Below are positions 17,543-27,975 of a DNA stretch of 32,696 bases, in pieces. This DNA comes from Chitinivibrionales bacterium (GTDB taxonomy: Bacteria; Fibrobacterota; Chitinivibrionia; Chitinivibrionales; WJKA01): the NCBI GenBank assembly GCA_038247415.1, contig JBBRUX010000042.1:1-32696 (forward strand), in the 5' to 3' direction. The notes beneath the pieces were generated by a model. The model did not search any database. It saw only the letters and a list, made by a program, of their open reading frames with translations, and was not told where the DNA came from. The position numbers were made by a program, and so were the translations under genes. The number at the start of each line of letters is the position of its first letter. The stretch's first letter is position 1.

Positions 17543-20227
17543 TCATAATGAGCCCCGAACTTTTAAAGCTTGTTGAATACTCGAAAGTTTTTCAAGAGCT
17601 GCCATGGGAGTCATGGTATTGAGATCGAGAGATTCGAGCGCCCCTAAAAAATCGAGGGCTGCTTGCGTGCGTGGATCGGATTGCGCACGTTTTGCAAACA
17701 AATCGATTTGAACAACTTCTTTCGTAGCCTTAGGATTGAGATGCACTGCAAGAGCGGGCTTGCGATCGGGGGTTAGTTCCATTGCTTCGAGGTTAGTTAA
17801 AATTTCCCGGGCACGGGCAAGAACCACCTGCGGAACACCAGCCAACCGCGCCACTGCTATACCATACGAATGATCGCACGCGCCTTCATCGATTTTCCGT
17901 AAGAAAATGATTTTATCGTTCCATTCGCGGATTTTAATATGTAAATTGCGGATTCTGCCAAACAATAAAGACATTTCGGCAAGCTCATGATAATGCGTTG
18001 CAAAAAAAGTCCGAGCGCGCCTCCCCGGTGTTTCGTGCAAAAATTCTGCAACAGCCCAGGCTATCGATAGCCCATCGAATGTTGACGTTCCACGACCAAC
18101 TTCATCAAGCAACACAAGCGATCGGTCGGTTGCGTTATTAAGAATATTTGCAACCTCTACCATTTCAACTAAGAATGTTGATTGACCTCGCGCAAGACGA
18201 TCCGATGCCCCAACCCGGGTAAAAAAGCGATCTACAATGCCAATGTGTGCTTCTGCAGCCGGAACAAACGATCCCATTTGTGCCATAAGCGCAATGAGTG
18301 CATTTTGCCGCAAATACGTAGACTTCCCCGCCATATTTGGCCCGGTGATAAGCAGGATCTGGTGCTCTTCGGCACGTAGTGACGTGTCGTTGGGAATAAA
18401 CTGCTCGTTGTCAATCATGCGCTCTATAACGGGATGGCGACCATCTTTTATTATAAGGGTATTTTCTTGTGTGAGTACCGGCCTTACATAATTATATTCA
18501 GCCGCAACGCGCGCAAGCCCAACCATTACATCAAGCTGTGCAATGGCGCCTGCTGCCGTTTGAATTGCAGCACACTGCGCTGCAATATGCTTTCGCAAAG
18601 TTATAAAGATTTCGGTTTCGAGTGCTGTAAACCGTTCCTCAGCATGAAGAATAGTATCTTCCATCTCCTTGAGTTCGGCTGTTATATACCGCTCGGCCCC
18701 CGCTAATGTTTGTTTACGAATGTAATTTTGCGGAATGGTATCTTTGTTTGCATTGGATATTTCTATGTAATACCCAAATACCCGCGTATACCCAATTTTA
18801 AGCGACCCAATGCCACTGCGGACTCGTTCCGATTGCTGCAAGGAAGCAATCCATTCTTTGCCATGCGTTGAAGCTTTTTTAAGTTCGTCGAGTTTTTCTG
18901 ATACTCCGCTGCGAATAAGGCCTCCATCCCGTATCGACAAGGGAGGAGCATCGACAATGGTTTTTTCTATTTCTTCGACCAGTGACACAAAGCTCTGCAA
19001 TGCAGAGCACGCTTTAATGATTTGCGTACGATCGCATGCAGCAAGTGTTTTGCATATGGCGGGAAACGTTCCAAGCGATTCCTTAAGCGCACGGCAATCA
19101 CGCGCATTGGCTCGCTCGGTAACAATTTTGCCAATAAGGCGCTCTATATCTGCTATTCTTCCTAGATGCAATGCAATTTCACCGCGCACAAAAACATCTG
19201 CCTTAAACCATTCGATACAATCGAGCCGCTGGTTTATTGCACCACAATCAACCAGTGGGCGGGTAATGTGCCGTTTTAATAATCGTGCACCCATAGAGGT
19301 TGCGCATTTATCAAGTACCCACACGAGTGTTGCACCGGTATCGTCTGCATGCAGCGGCCTAAGAAGTTCTAGATTACGAATGGTAGAAGGATCGAGCTCG
19401 GCAAAGGCCGTTAACCCAAGAGGGGTCATTGTTCCAATATGTGCCAGTTGATTTCGTTTCTGATGTTTTACATATGCTAATAATGCCCCCGCAGCAGATA
19501 TCCCCACTCCATAACCTTCAAAGCCCAAACCATCCAGGGTTGCAAGATCGAAGTGAGAACAGAGCGCCTCGTGCGCCGTTTCGAACTCGAAAGTATACCC
19601 AGGAGCAACCGAGGTTACCATTCTTATTTCGCATTTATCAATAATAGCACGGCATTGGGTTTCTTGCACATCAGAAATAAGAACCTCAGAGGGAGACACT
19701 CGTTCAAGTTCTATTAAGAGCTGCCCTGCGTCGAGTTCGGCAGCAAAAAATGCTCCCGTAGAAATATCGCACACAGCAAGGCCAAAAAGAGGAGCCCCGC
19801 CCCACAGCGCAACAATATAATTATTTGCCTTGTCTTCTAGTAAGGTATCGTCGGTGGCAGTTCCAGCGCTTATAATTTCGACTATTTCGCGCTTGACAAT
19901 TCCTTTAACGTTTTTAGGATCCTCTGTTTGCTCGCATATTGCAATTTTATACCCCGCCTTAACAAGACGCGTTGCATACCGATCGATTGCATGATGGGGA
20001 AATCCGGCAAGGGGGGTAGCATCGGCACTACCATGATTTCGGCTTGTTAGCGTTAGTCCCAAAACTTTAGAAGCTATTTTGGCATCTTCATGAAACATCT
20101 CGTAAAAATCACCAAGCCGGTAAAGCAGAACAATATCGGGGTTTTGTTCTTTAATAGTCCAATACTGCCGCATCATGGGTGTGAGTGATTTATCGGATGC
20201 ACGTGATGATGCCGGTATTGTTGACAT
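17543..20227 (-). CDS. mutS: DNA mismatch repair protein MutS
   Basis: LTPMMRQY, RLGDFYEMF, GFPHHA, ITGPNMAGKSTYLRQ, FTRVGASD, STFLVEM, LLDEVGRGTST, FATHYHEL, SYGIAVARLAG. Confidence 0.98.
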   Translation of the reverse strand: MSTIPASSRASDKSLTPMMRQYWTIKEQNPDIVLLYRLGDFYEMFHEDAKIASKVLGLTLTSRNHGSADATPLAGFPHHAIDRYATRLVKAGYKIAICEQTEDPKNVKGIVKREIVEIISAGTATDDTLLEDKANNYIVALWGGAPLFGLAVCDISTGAFFAAELDAGQLLIELERVSPSEVLISDVQETQCRAIIDKCEIRMVTSVAPGYTFEFETAHEALCSHFDLATLDGLGFEGYGVGISAAGALLAYVKHQKRNQLAHIGTMTPLGLTAFAELDPSTIRNLELLRPLHADDTGATLVWVLDKCATSMGARLLKRHITRPLVDCGAINQRLDCIEWFKADVFVRGEIALHLGRIADIERLIGKIVTERANARDCRALKESLGTFPAICKTLAACDRTQIIKACSALQSFVSLVEEIEKTIVDAPPLSIRDGGLIRSGVSEKLDELKKASTHGKEWIASLQQSERVRSGIGSLKIGYTRVFGYYIEISNANKDTIPQNYIRKQTLAGAERYITAELKEMEDTILHAEERFTALETEIFITLRKHIAAQCAAIQTAAGAIAQLDVMVGLARVAAEYNYVRPVLTQENTLIIKDGRHPVIERMIDNEQFIPNDTSLRAEEHQILLITGPNMAGKSTYLRQNALIALMAQMGSFVPAAEAHIGIVDRFFTRVGASDRLARGQSTFLVEMVEVANILNNATDRSLVLLDEVGRGTSTFDGLSIAWAVAEFLHETPGRRARTFFATHYHELAEMSLLFGRIRNLHIKIREWNDKIIFLRKIDEGACDHSYGIAVARLAGVPQVVLARAREILTNLEAMELTPDRKPALAVHLNPKATKEVVQIDLFAKRAQSDPRTQAALDFLGALESLDLNTMTPMAALEKLSSIQQALKVRGSL

Positions 20228-20286
20228 AGGCTTAGTTGTACCCGCATAAAAAGACGGTGTTAGTATTTAGTAAACAACTCGAACCC

Positions 20287-21312
20287 TTACTGGTCGAGAT
20301 CATCGGGTTCGATATTTAAGCGTTCTTCGATTATTTCCGAAACATCCGCCTCGTCAGCAGAACCATCCGATGCTAATTCCATTTGATCGCGGATAATTTC
20401 TGCAGCCACGGGAATATCGGACGATCCGTCTTGTGCTTGGGCCTCGGATTCGGCAGCGGTTTCGGCTTTCATTTGTGCAAATTCGGATTCTAGATCGCCA
20501 AACTTCTCTTTTGCCAAGGCTTCTATTTCATCGATACGAGGGAGATCCGAAAGTTTTTTTAGCCCAAAATAGGTGAGGAATTCTTTTGTTGTCGCATACA
20601 ATAAGGGTCTTCCGGGCTTATCTGAGCGGCCAGCAATAGTAACAACCCTTCTTTCGAGCAGCGTTTTCATAGCGCCATCGGACACAACACCACGAATCCC
20701 CTCAATTTCTGCTTTGGTAATGGGTTGCTTATAGGCAATAATTGCTAGACACTCTAATGCCTGAATAGATAACTTTTTAACCGCTTTTTCTTTGAGCAGC
20801 TGCCTTACCGACGACGAATAATAAGAAATTGTGCGAAACTGATAGCCACCCGCAACCTCTACAATTTCGAAAGGATGGCGTTCTCTTTGTAAACGCGTGT
20901 TGAGTTCGTCTACCATTTTGCGCAGCGCCCGAGCATCGGGATCTCCGGGAACCAATTGTTTGAGGCGCGCATTTGTTAATGGTTCTTCGGAGGCAAAAAG
21001 GATTGCTTCTAAAATGCGCATCGATTCTGTAAAGCGACCAAGGGATGGCTCACCTTTTTTTGAACCAGTCTGTGCTTTATCTTTATCATCAGCAGATATT
21101 TCGCCTTCCTGTGCATCTTCATCATCCTGCGGGTCTGGTTCAACTTCCAACAAACTTTGATCTTGCCCATCGGCCTGCGGAATTTCGTCCTGTAATGGCG
21201 TAGCACCTTCGCCAGAATCTTCTTCGATTGGCAATTCGTGCGAATCATCCGTAGCGCCGTCGGGGAGCGAGGGATCTATTTCTGGTATTTCTGAATCGTT
21301 ACTTGAATGCAT
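20287..21312 (-). CDS. scpB: SMC-Scp complex subunit ScpB with long acidic N- and C-terminal extensions
   Basis: LEAILFASEEPL, VAGGYQFRT, LSIQALECLAIIAYKQPITKAEIEGIRGV, GRPLLYATTKEFLTYFGL..LSDLP. Confidence 0.95.
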   Translation of the reverse strand: MHSSNDSEIPEIDPSLPDGATDDSHELPIEEDSGEGATPLQDEIPQADGQDQSLLEVEPDPQDDEDAQEGEISADDKDKAQTGSKKGEPSLGRFTESMRILEAILFASEEPLTNARLKQLVPGDPDARALRKMVDELNTRLQRERHPFEIVEVAGGYQFRTISYYSSSVRQLLKEKAVKKLSIQALECLAIIAYKQPITKAEIEGIRGVVSDGAMKTLLERRVVTIAGRSDKPGRPLLYATTKEFLTYFGLKKLSDLPRIDEIEALAKEKFGDLESEFAQMKAETAAESEAQAQDGSSDIPVAAEIIRDQMELASDGSADEADVSEIIEERLNIEPDDLDQ

Positions 21313-21325
21313 AATGTAGTACTTA

Positions 21326-22123
21326 TTAATGGACTAATGGTTCTTCTTCGGGATCGGTTTCTTGCGGCAATTCCTGGCGTTCTGTTTCGGGTCGGCGCAA
21401 CACAAAAATAGTTCCAAACCGTTCTTCTTGGCGAAAATAAATTTGCTGCATTTTGATAAGCTCAAGCACTGCCATAAACGTAACAACAAGATAATTTCGT
21501 GTAACAACATCGGCAAAAAGGTCTGTAAAACGAATTTCGGTATTTTCGTCTATCATTGATAACACATGCTCGATACGATCATCGATGCGAGCGCTATCAA
21601 ACCGAACCACATGCATGGCTTCAACAGGTGGTTCTCGTGTTACCACATCCTTAAATGCTGCAAGAAGATCGAACATGGTAACATTGCCAATCATTTTTTC
21701 GCCATTTTCAACTTCGGCCTCGGGTTCTTCGGCCAACCCGCGCCCAAACGTACCGATTTGTTCCGATTCGTAGATGCGTAAAGAGTTAGCAGCTTCTTTA
21801 AACTTTTTATATTCAAGGAGTTGCGCAACAAGCTGTTCTCGATTATAAATGCCATCTTCTTCGTCTTCAGCGGCGGCGGTGGTAGAATCCTGGGGCAAAA
21901 GTTCGCGGGATTTTAAACGCACCAAGGTTGCAGCCATGTGCAAATACTCTCCAGCAACATCGATAGAGAGTTCCCGCATCATAGTGATAAACTGGAGATA
22001 TTGGGCAGTAATTTGCGAAACTGAAATATCAGCTATTGCAACTTCAGATTTAGTAACAAGATACAGCAGAAGATCGAGCGGGCCCTCAAAGAGATCTAAT
22101 TTAACTTCGTATTCTTTTTTCAT
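21326..22123 (-). CDS. scpA: Segregation and condensation protein A (kleisin)
   Basis: FEGPLDLLLYL, ITAQYL, EYLHMAATLVRLKSRELLP, LLEYKKFK, VVTFMAVLEL; directly upstream of scpB. Confidence 0.95.
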   Translation of the reverse strand: MKKEYEVKLDLFEGPLDLLLYLVTKSEVAIADISVSQITAQYLQFITMMRELSIDVAGEYLHMAATLVRLKSRELLPQDSTTAAAEDEEDGIYNREQLVAQLLEYKKFKEAANSLRIYESEQIGTFGRGLAEEPEAEVENGEKMIGNVTMFDLLAAFKDVVTREPPVEAMHVVRFDSARIDDRIEHVLSMIDENTEIRFTDLFADVVTRNYLVVTFMAVLELIKMQQIYFRQEERFGTIFVLRRPETERQELPQETDPEEEPLVH

Positions 22124-22189
22124 GCATCCTTGCCAGGAAATTTCTCGTATAAATTATTAATAATCAATGCTTTATAAGATTATCAAAGC

Positions 22190-22212
22190 CCTCTTGGCAA
22201 CAAACCAAGAGG
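22190..22212 (-). terminator. Hairpin after glmS (possible weak intrinsic terminator or processing stem)
   Basis: Perfect 8-bp stem CCTCTTGG/CCAAGAGG with a 7-nt loop, 17 nt after the glmS stop; weak U tract on the minus strand. Confidence 0.45.
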
Positions 22213-22229
22213 TTTTAAAAACTAGTAAA

Positions 22230-24059
22230 CTATTCTACGGTAACACTCTTTGCCAAATTGCGTGGCTGGTCTATTTCACACCCTCTGAGTACCGCAATGT
22301 GGTACGCCAAAAGCTGGAGCGGAATAACCGACAACAACGGACTAAGCATTGGAAGCGTTTTAGGAATATAAATTACATGTTCAGCAAATTTGCCAATTTC
22401 GGTGTCGCCTTCGGTGGCAATAGCGATTATTTTTCCACCCCGAGCCCTAACTTCTTGAATATTGCTTAAAACTTTTTCGTAAACGGCATCTTTTAGGGCA
22501 ATTACAACACTCGGCATGTCCTTATCAATTAAGGCGATAGGACCATGTTTCATTTCTGCGGCGGGGTAACCTTCCGCATGCACATACGAAATTTCCTTAA
22601 GCTTAAGCGCGCCTTCTAATGCAACCGGGAAATTATACGAGCGGCCAAGGTATAAGAAGTTGTTATGCTGATAGTTAGCTTCTGCTATAGCGCGAATACA
22701 ATCATTAGTTGCAAGAATGGTTTTGATTTGGTCCGGAATGGCTAAAAGCGCTTTTGCAATGCCAATACCATCATCGTGAGAAATGCGACGCATACGCCCT
22801 AATAATAGCGTAAGTAGTGATAAAACAGTGATTTGCGACGTAAATGCTTTTGTAGATGCAACACCAATTTCAGGACCAGCATGCAGATAAACGCCGCCCT
22901 GGGTTTCGCGTGCGATGGTAGATCCAACGACATTGCAAATTCCAAGAACGGTTGCACCTTTGCGCGATGCTTCCCGCAAGGCTGCTAAGGTATCGGCTGT
23001 TTCACCGCTTTGGCTAATTACAAAAACGAGCGTATGAGAATCGATAATAGGATTACGATACCGAAATTCTGATGCATACTCTACTTCCACGGGAATGCCG
23101 GCGATTTCTTCTATCATATATTCGCCAACCATCGCAGCATGGGCACTTGTCCCACAGGCAGCAAAAATAATCCGATTAATGTCGCGGAGCTCTGGAATAA
23201 CTAGATTCAAACCATCGAGCCGAGCCGTACCATCTTCAACCAGAATGCGTCCACGAAATGCATTTTTGATGGTTTCTGGCTGCTCAAAAATTTCTTTTAG
23301 CATAAAATGATCATAGCCGCCCTTTGCAAGAGCCTCAGCATCGAACTCCAAATGATGAACCTCATGCGAGATTTTTTTAAGATCGACTGTGGTTATTTCG
23401 AAGCCATCGGGCGTAAGAACAACTAAATTATTGTCTTTTAAATAAACAACCTCTTTTGTATGGCGAACAATTGCCGAGGTATCGGAGGCAATGTAGTATT
23501 CGTTTTCGCCTATTCCAATTACTAAAGGAGAACCTCTGCGAGCACCTACAATTACATTGGGATTATCGGCAGCAACAACGGCAATGCCATAGGTACCTTC
23601 TACATCAACCAAGGCCCGGGCTACCGCTTTAGAAAGATCGCGATCGGTGTAATATTTTTTTATTAGGTGAACCAGAACTTCGGTATCGGTATCGGATCGA
23701 AACTCGACGCCTTCTTTAATGAGCATTTCTTTTAAAATTGAGTAGTTTTCGATAATGCCATTATGAACCAATGCTATTGAATTATCTGCGCTCAAATGTG
23801 GATGCGAATTTCGCTTTGAAGGGGCTCCATGCGTTGCCCAACGAGTATGCGCAATGCCCGTTGTGCATCCTTGCGATTGTTCATCGACTATCGAGCGTAG
23901 ATTTGCTACTTTACCAATATCCTTATATACCAGCAATCCGCCAGCTTTCGCCAATGCGATTCCCGCGCTGTCGTATCCGCGATACTCAAGTGCTGCAAGC
24001 CCATCAAGCAGAATTGGTGTTGCATCTTTAGATCCAATGTAGCCAATAATACCGCACAT
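22230..24059 (-). CDS. glmS: Glutamine--fructose-6-phosphate aminotransferase (isomerizing)
   Basis: Ntn start MCGIIGY (catalytic Cys), LEYRGYDSAG, IAHTRWATHG, VHNGIIENY, SQSGETADTL, GVASTKAFT, C-terminal PRNLAKSVTVE. Confidence 0.98.
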   Translation of the reverse strand: MCGIIGYIGSKDATPILLDGLAALEYRGYDSAGIALAKAGGLLVYKDIGKVANLRSIVDEQSQGCTTGIAHTRWATHGAPSKRNSHPHLSADNSIALVHNGIIENYSILKEMLIKEGVEFRSDTDTEVLVHLIKKYYTDRDLSKAVARALVDVEGTYGIAVVAADNPNVIVGARRGSPLVIGIGENEYYIASDTSAIVRHTKEVVYLKDNNLVVLTPDGFEITTVDLKKISHEVHHLEFDAEALAKGGYDHFMLKEIFEQPETIKNAFRGRILVEDGTARLDGLNLVIPELRDINRIIFAACGTSAHAAMVGEYMIEEIAGIPVEVEYASEFRYRNPIIDSHTLVFVISQSGETADTLAALREASRKGATVLGICNVVGSTIARETQGGVYLHAGPEIGVASTKAFTSQITVLSLLTLLLGRMRRISHDDGIGIAKALLAIPDQIKTILATNDCIRAIAEANYQHNNFLYLGRSYNFPVALEGALKLKEISYVHAEGYPAAEMKHGPIALIDKDMPSVVIALKDAVYEKVLSNIQEVRARGGKIIAIATEGDTEIGKFAEHVIYIPKTLPMLSPLLSVIPLQLLAYHIAVLRGCEIDQPRNLAKSVTVE

Positions 24060-24182
24060 GCTCAGTTCCTTTGAAAACAATTTTTCAGACTTATAATCCA
24101 TTCTTGGATCAGAAGCCTCAGAGCGATCAAATCTATTGTATTAAAATAATTACTCAACATCCAAATCTGGTGCCTTGCACAT

Positions 24183-24219
24183 AAAAAAACCCCTCGCTGC
24201 ATTCGGGTACAACGAAGGG
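24183..24219 (-). terminator. Rho-independent terminator of degP/htrA
   Basis: Minus strand CCCTTCGTTGTA-CCCGAA-TGCAGCGAGGGG (12-bp stem including G-U pairs) followed by T7. Confidence 0.75.
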
Positions 24220-24249
24220 ATTCTTTACTCTCTGGAGGAGATACAGTTC

Positions 24250-25851
24250 TTATTTTTTAAGCTTGAAGACCACAAACGTTGTATTGCCGTTACGCTCGAT
24301 AAGAAGCATGAACGGCTCGCCATGTTTGACCTTATCGATGATCGAAGTAAATTCCTTTACAGATCCAACTGCTTTAGTTTCCTGGCCCTTTACCTTAACT
24401 TCACGAATGATATCGCCAACATCCAACCCAGATCGATTAGCCAGAGCCCCTTGCTCTACTGCGGTAATAATAATACCAAGGGTTTTTTCTTTAAGCCGAT
24501 ATTCTTTGCGTAAATCGGCAGTGATATCTGCAACGGTTGCACCAAGCTTTTTGATGTTATCACTATCTGGTTTATCAGAGGTCTTATCGTCTGCTGTGGC
24601 CTGCTCCTTAACATTACTTTTGTCAAGATCTCCGAGTTGAACCTCAAGGGTTATCTCTTTACCAGCGCGATACAAAGAAAGTGGCGCTTTTTTGCCTGGA
24701 TTAATTGAAGCCACCGTATTACGAAGATCATCGACGGTTGAGATTTTTGTCCCATTTATTGCGGTTATCACATCGCCTGTTTTAACGCCTGCACGGTCTG
24801 CTGCCTGGCCTTTAATAACACTTCCCACAAGCGCACCCTGAGTGCCAAAGGGCAAACCCATTGCTTCGCGTGTTTCTTCGGATACCGGTTGAATGTTTAC
24901 ACCCAAGAACCCTCGCGAAACCTTTCCTTTGTATACAATATCTTCCATGATCCAGTGTGCCATACTCATGGGAATTGCCAATCCAATACCGGCAAAAGCA
25001 CCGCTTGGTGTAACAATCATGGTATTGATACCAATAACCTCTCCATCAAGATTGACAAGCGCACCACCAGAATTTCCCGGATTAATTGCCGCATCGGTTT
25101 GAATAAAATTCTGATACTTATTCATAGCACCTTGCGCACCTTGCATGCCTTCGCCCGCCCGCCTACGCAACCCAGATACAATACCCGTAGTAACGGTAGA
25201 GGTGAAATTAAAAGGATTACCAATAGCCACAACCCAATCGCCCACTCTGAGTTTGTCCGAATCCCCTAGATACGCAACCGGCAAATTATCTACCTTTTCG
25301 TTAATCTTGATAACGGCAACATCCGATAACGAATCTACACCTATAACCTTGGCGCTAAATTTTCGATTATCGGTTAAACGTACTTCTATGTCGTCGGCAT
25401 CGCCGACTACATGCGCATTTGTCATGATATAGCCATCTTTAGAAACAATAAATCCGCTACCCATGCCCTGCCGAGGTATGATTTGCCTCTGCTGCTGCGG
25501 TGCATTGCGTCCACGGGGATTTTGCCGGGGATCGCCAAAAAACTCATCGAAGGGGGTTCCATAAAAAAATTGTTGCAAAGGATCCTGTTGATACATGACA
25601 GTATCATTGGCTGTAGCAATAATGGTAACAACCGTAGGGATAACTTTTTCTGCAACATCGGCAAATACATTTTTAAATGCTGCAAAATCGGAGGTCATTT
25701 TAATATCAGGTTTTTTTTCTGCTCCAAATGCTACCGACCCTTTTTCAGGGCGCTTATCCTCTGCAAAGGAACATGCACACGAAACAGTTAAAAGCCCTAA
25801 TGCAATAAGAGAAAATATCGAACGAGTTCGATTACGTACAAGCGCTACCAT
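24250..25851 (-). CDS. htrA: Periplasmic Do/DegP/DegQ (HtrA) serine endoprotease with two PDZ domains
   Basis: Signal peptide; GSGFIVS, TNAHVV (His), DVAVIK (Asp), IQTDAAINPGNSGGAL (Ser); PDZ RGFLGVNIQ, GVKTGDVI, GLDVGDII. Confidence 0.95.
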   Translation of the reverse strand: MVALVRNRTRSIFSLIALGLLTVSCACSFAEDKRPEKGSVAFGAEKKPDIKMTSDFAAFKNVFADVAEKVIPTVVTIIATANDTVMYQQDPLQQFFYGTPFDEFFGDPRQNPRGRNAPQQQRQIIPRQGMGSGFIVSKDGYIMTNAHVVGDADDIEVRLTDNRKFSAKVIGVDSLSDVAVIKINEKVDNLPVAYLGDSDKLRVGDWVVAIGNPFNFTSTVTTGIVSGLRRRAGEGMQGAQGAMNKYQNFIQTDAAINPGNSGGALVNLDGEVIGINTMIVTPSGAFAGIGLAIPMSMAHWIMEDIVYKGKVSRGFLGVNIQPVSEETREAMGLPFGTQGALVGSVIKGQAADRAGVKTGDVITAINGTKISTVDDLRNTVASINPGKKAPLSLYRAGKEITLEVQLGDLDKSNVKEQATADDKTSDKPDSDNIKKLGATVADITADLRKEYRLKEKTLGIIITAVEQGALANRSGLDVGDIIREVKVKGQETKAVGSVKEFTSIIDKVKHGEPFMLLIERNGNTTFVVFKLKK

Positions 25852-26003
25852 ACGTCAACCTCCATCTCACCAGTAAAATCGTAAGGATCTTTTGTTTAAA
25901 CAGATTTCGATTACTCCGGGTTATTATTGCATAGGTCTCTTTGAATCACCGCGGCGCCGATTTATTTTATCTGCCGCATATACCGCTAACAAGAGGATGC
26001 CTT

Positions 26004-27902
26004 ATGGAAGCGAACCCAACCGATACGGAGCCTGACAGTAAAAAATCCACAGCCCTTACTTTATGTATTGGTGCCATTGGCGTTGTGTTTGGTGATATTG
26101 GAACATCACCACTGTATGCTCTTCGAGAATGCTTCAACCCCACCTCCGGTGTATCGATAAATCACACGGCAATAATTGGTGTTGTTTCGCTTATTTTTTG
26201 GGCTGTTACCATGACAGTCTCTATTAAGTACATTACGTTTGTTATTCGTGTTGACAATAGAGGCGAAGGCGGAATTCTTGCGCTCATGACGCTTGCGGTG
26301 GGGGGGCTGGCAAAAAAAGGAAAGCTTTTCTTTTTCTTTTCTGCCCTGGGCATTATAGGCGCATCTCTCTTATATGGCGATAGTATAATTACACCTGCCA
26401 TTTCGGTGCTCTCGGCTGTTGAAGGGCTTTCTATAGCGGCCCCCGTATTTAAACCATTTATAATTCCAATCGCAGTTGTTGTCCTTACGATTCTTTTTAT
26501 GTTTCAGTATAAGGGAACTGCAAAAGTTGGAGCACTCTTTGGTCCTATTTTAGTATGCTGGTTTATTGTACTCGGCATTCTTGGCATTTCTAATATCGTT
26601 GCTAACCCCAAAATTTTTCAAGCACTTAACCCTTTATATGGATTATCTTTTTTATTTTCCAATGGCCTAAAAGGGTTTACCATTTTGGGGTTTGTTTTTT
26701 TGTCGGTTACGGGTGGAGAAGTTCTGTATGCCGATCTGGGGCATTTTGGTAAAAAACCCATTCGTAGATCCTGGTTCTCGCTCGTATACCCGTGCCTTAT
26801 CCTCAATTACCTAGGGCAAGGGGCATTTTTGCTTGCTTCTCCAACACTTGTCGATAACCTTTTTTACCGATTAGCCCCCAGTTGGATGCTTTTGCCCTTG
26901 GTGGTTTTGGCAACCATGGCTACAATCATTGCCTCGCAAGCGGTGATTTCGGGTGCATTTTCTGTTTCACGAAATATTATACAACTTGGCTTTTGGCCCC
27001 GTCTTAAAATCATTCACACATCTCCCGACAAGATCGGGCAGGTGTATATTCCCTTTGTTAATTGGGCCCTCTTTTTGGGTACCGTAACACTGGTTCTTGT
27101 CTTTAAAGAATCTACCAATTTGGCTGGCGCCTATGGTATTGCCGTTTCCACAACCGAAATCATAACGACTGTTCTGCTTGTAACACTCAGCAGAAAAATT
27201 TCCCGTATGTCGCTCCCCCTTGCAATTGGGTTTGGGGTTGTTTTTATTTGCATAGACCTAGCCTTTTTTGCTGCAAACATCGCCAAACTCTTTACTGGCG
27301 GATGGGTTATTGTTCTCATTTCGAGCAGTATCTACTTTGCCATTAAAACATGGCAAAAGGGTCGCGATGTCATTTGGCGTCAGATAAAAGAAGGCAACAT
27401 AGACATTTCTGTTTTTGTAAAAGATATTAAACAGAGCCATCCCGTACGAGTACCTGGCATCGCCGTTTTTCTTGCAGGAAATCCCCATGGAATTCCCCGA
27501 TCACTCTTGCATAATTACAAGCACAATAAAATTATACACGAGAAAACAGTAATTCTCTCGGTGCAAACCGAAGATAAGCCCTTTATGACTGCAGAAGAAC
27601 GAATGGAAATAGAACACGTCGGAGAGGGGATTTGGCGAATGCTTGTGCGCTATGGCTTTTCGGAATCGCCAGATATTCCACGAATGCTTGCTTCGATTCG
27701 CAATACTGGCTTTTCGTTTGCACCAATGGAAACGACGTACTTTTTAGGCAGGGAGAGTCAGGTGATATCCAACAGACCAACAATGTGGCTGTGGCAAAAA
27801 CAACTTTTCCGTTTCATGTCTCATAATGCACTCGATGCGTCAACGTTCTTTAAGCTTCCACCAAACCGGGTTGTGGAACTTGGCTTGCAGGTTGAGCTCT
27901 AG
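26004..27902 (+). CDS. kup: KUP/HAK/KT family potassium transporter
   Basis: GVVFGDIGTSPLYAL, DNRGEGGILAL, GDSIITPAISVLSAVEGL, GGEVLYADLGHFG, IIASQAVISG, GQVYIP, YFLGRE; ATG at 26004 with AGAGG RBS. Confidence 0.97.
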   Translation: MEANPTDTEPDSKKSTALTLCIGAIGVVFGDIGTSPLYALRECFNPTSGVSINHTAIIGVVSLIFWAVTMTVSIKYITFVIRVDNRGEGGILALMTLAVGGLAKKGKLFFFFSALGIIGASLLYGDSIITPAISVLSAVEGLSIAAPVFKPFIIPIAVVVLTILFMFQYKGTAKVGALFGPILVCWFIVLGILGISNIVANPKIFQALNPLYGLSFLFSNGLKGFTILGFVFLSVTGGEVLYADLGHFGKKPIRRSWFSLVYPCLILNYLGQGAFLLASPTLVDNLFYRLAPSWMLLPLVVLATMATIIASQAVISGAFSVSRNIIQLGFWPRLKIIHTSPDKIGQVYIPFVNWALFLGTVTLVLVFKESTNLAGAYGIAVSTTEIITTVLLVTLSRKISRMSLPLAIGFGVVFICIDLAFFAANIAKLFTGGWVIVLISSSIYFAIKTWQKGRDVIWRQIKEGNIDISVFVKDIKQSHPVRVPGIAVFLAGNPHGIPRSLLHNYKHNKIIHEKTVILSVQTEDKPFMTAEERMEIEHVGEGIWRMLVRYGFSESPDIPRMLASIRNTGFSFAPMETTYFLGRESQVISNRPTMWLWQKQLFRFMSHNALDASTFFKLPPNRVVELGLQVEL

Positions 27903-27975
27903 CTTTAGAACCAGAAGCATCTTCCTAAAAAAGCCGCGTAACTTCTATACTTGCTTTTTGCAGCTACAGTAGGAA

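Noticed and set aside
24060..24180. glmS ribozyme, and the 14-aa N-terminal extension of GlmS
   Set aside because: The short AT-rich leader has no recognisable ribozyme core, and GlmS must begin Met-Cys, fixing the start at 24059.
25852..26003. c-di-AMP (ydaO) riboswitch upstream of kup
   Set aside because: Only a TGAATC fragment is present; the other conserved elements and helices were not found in this short divergent spacer.
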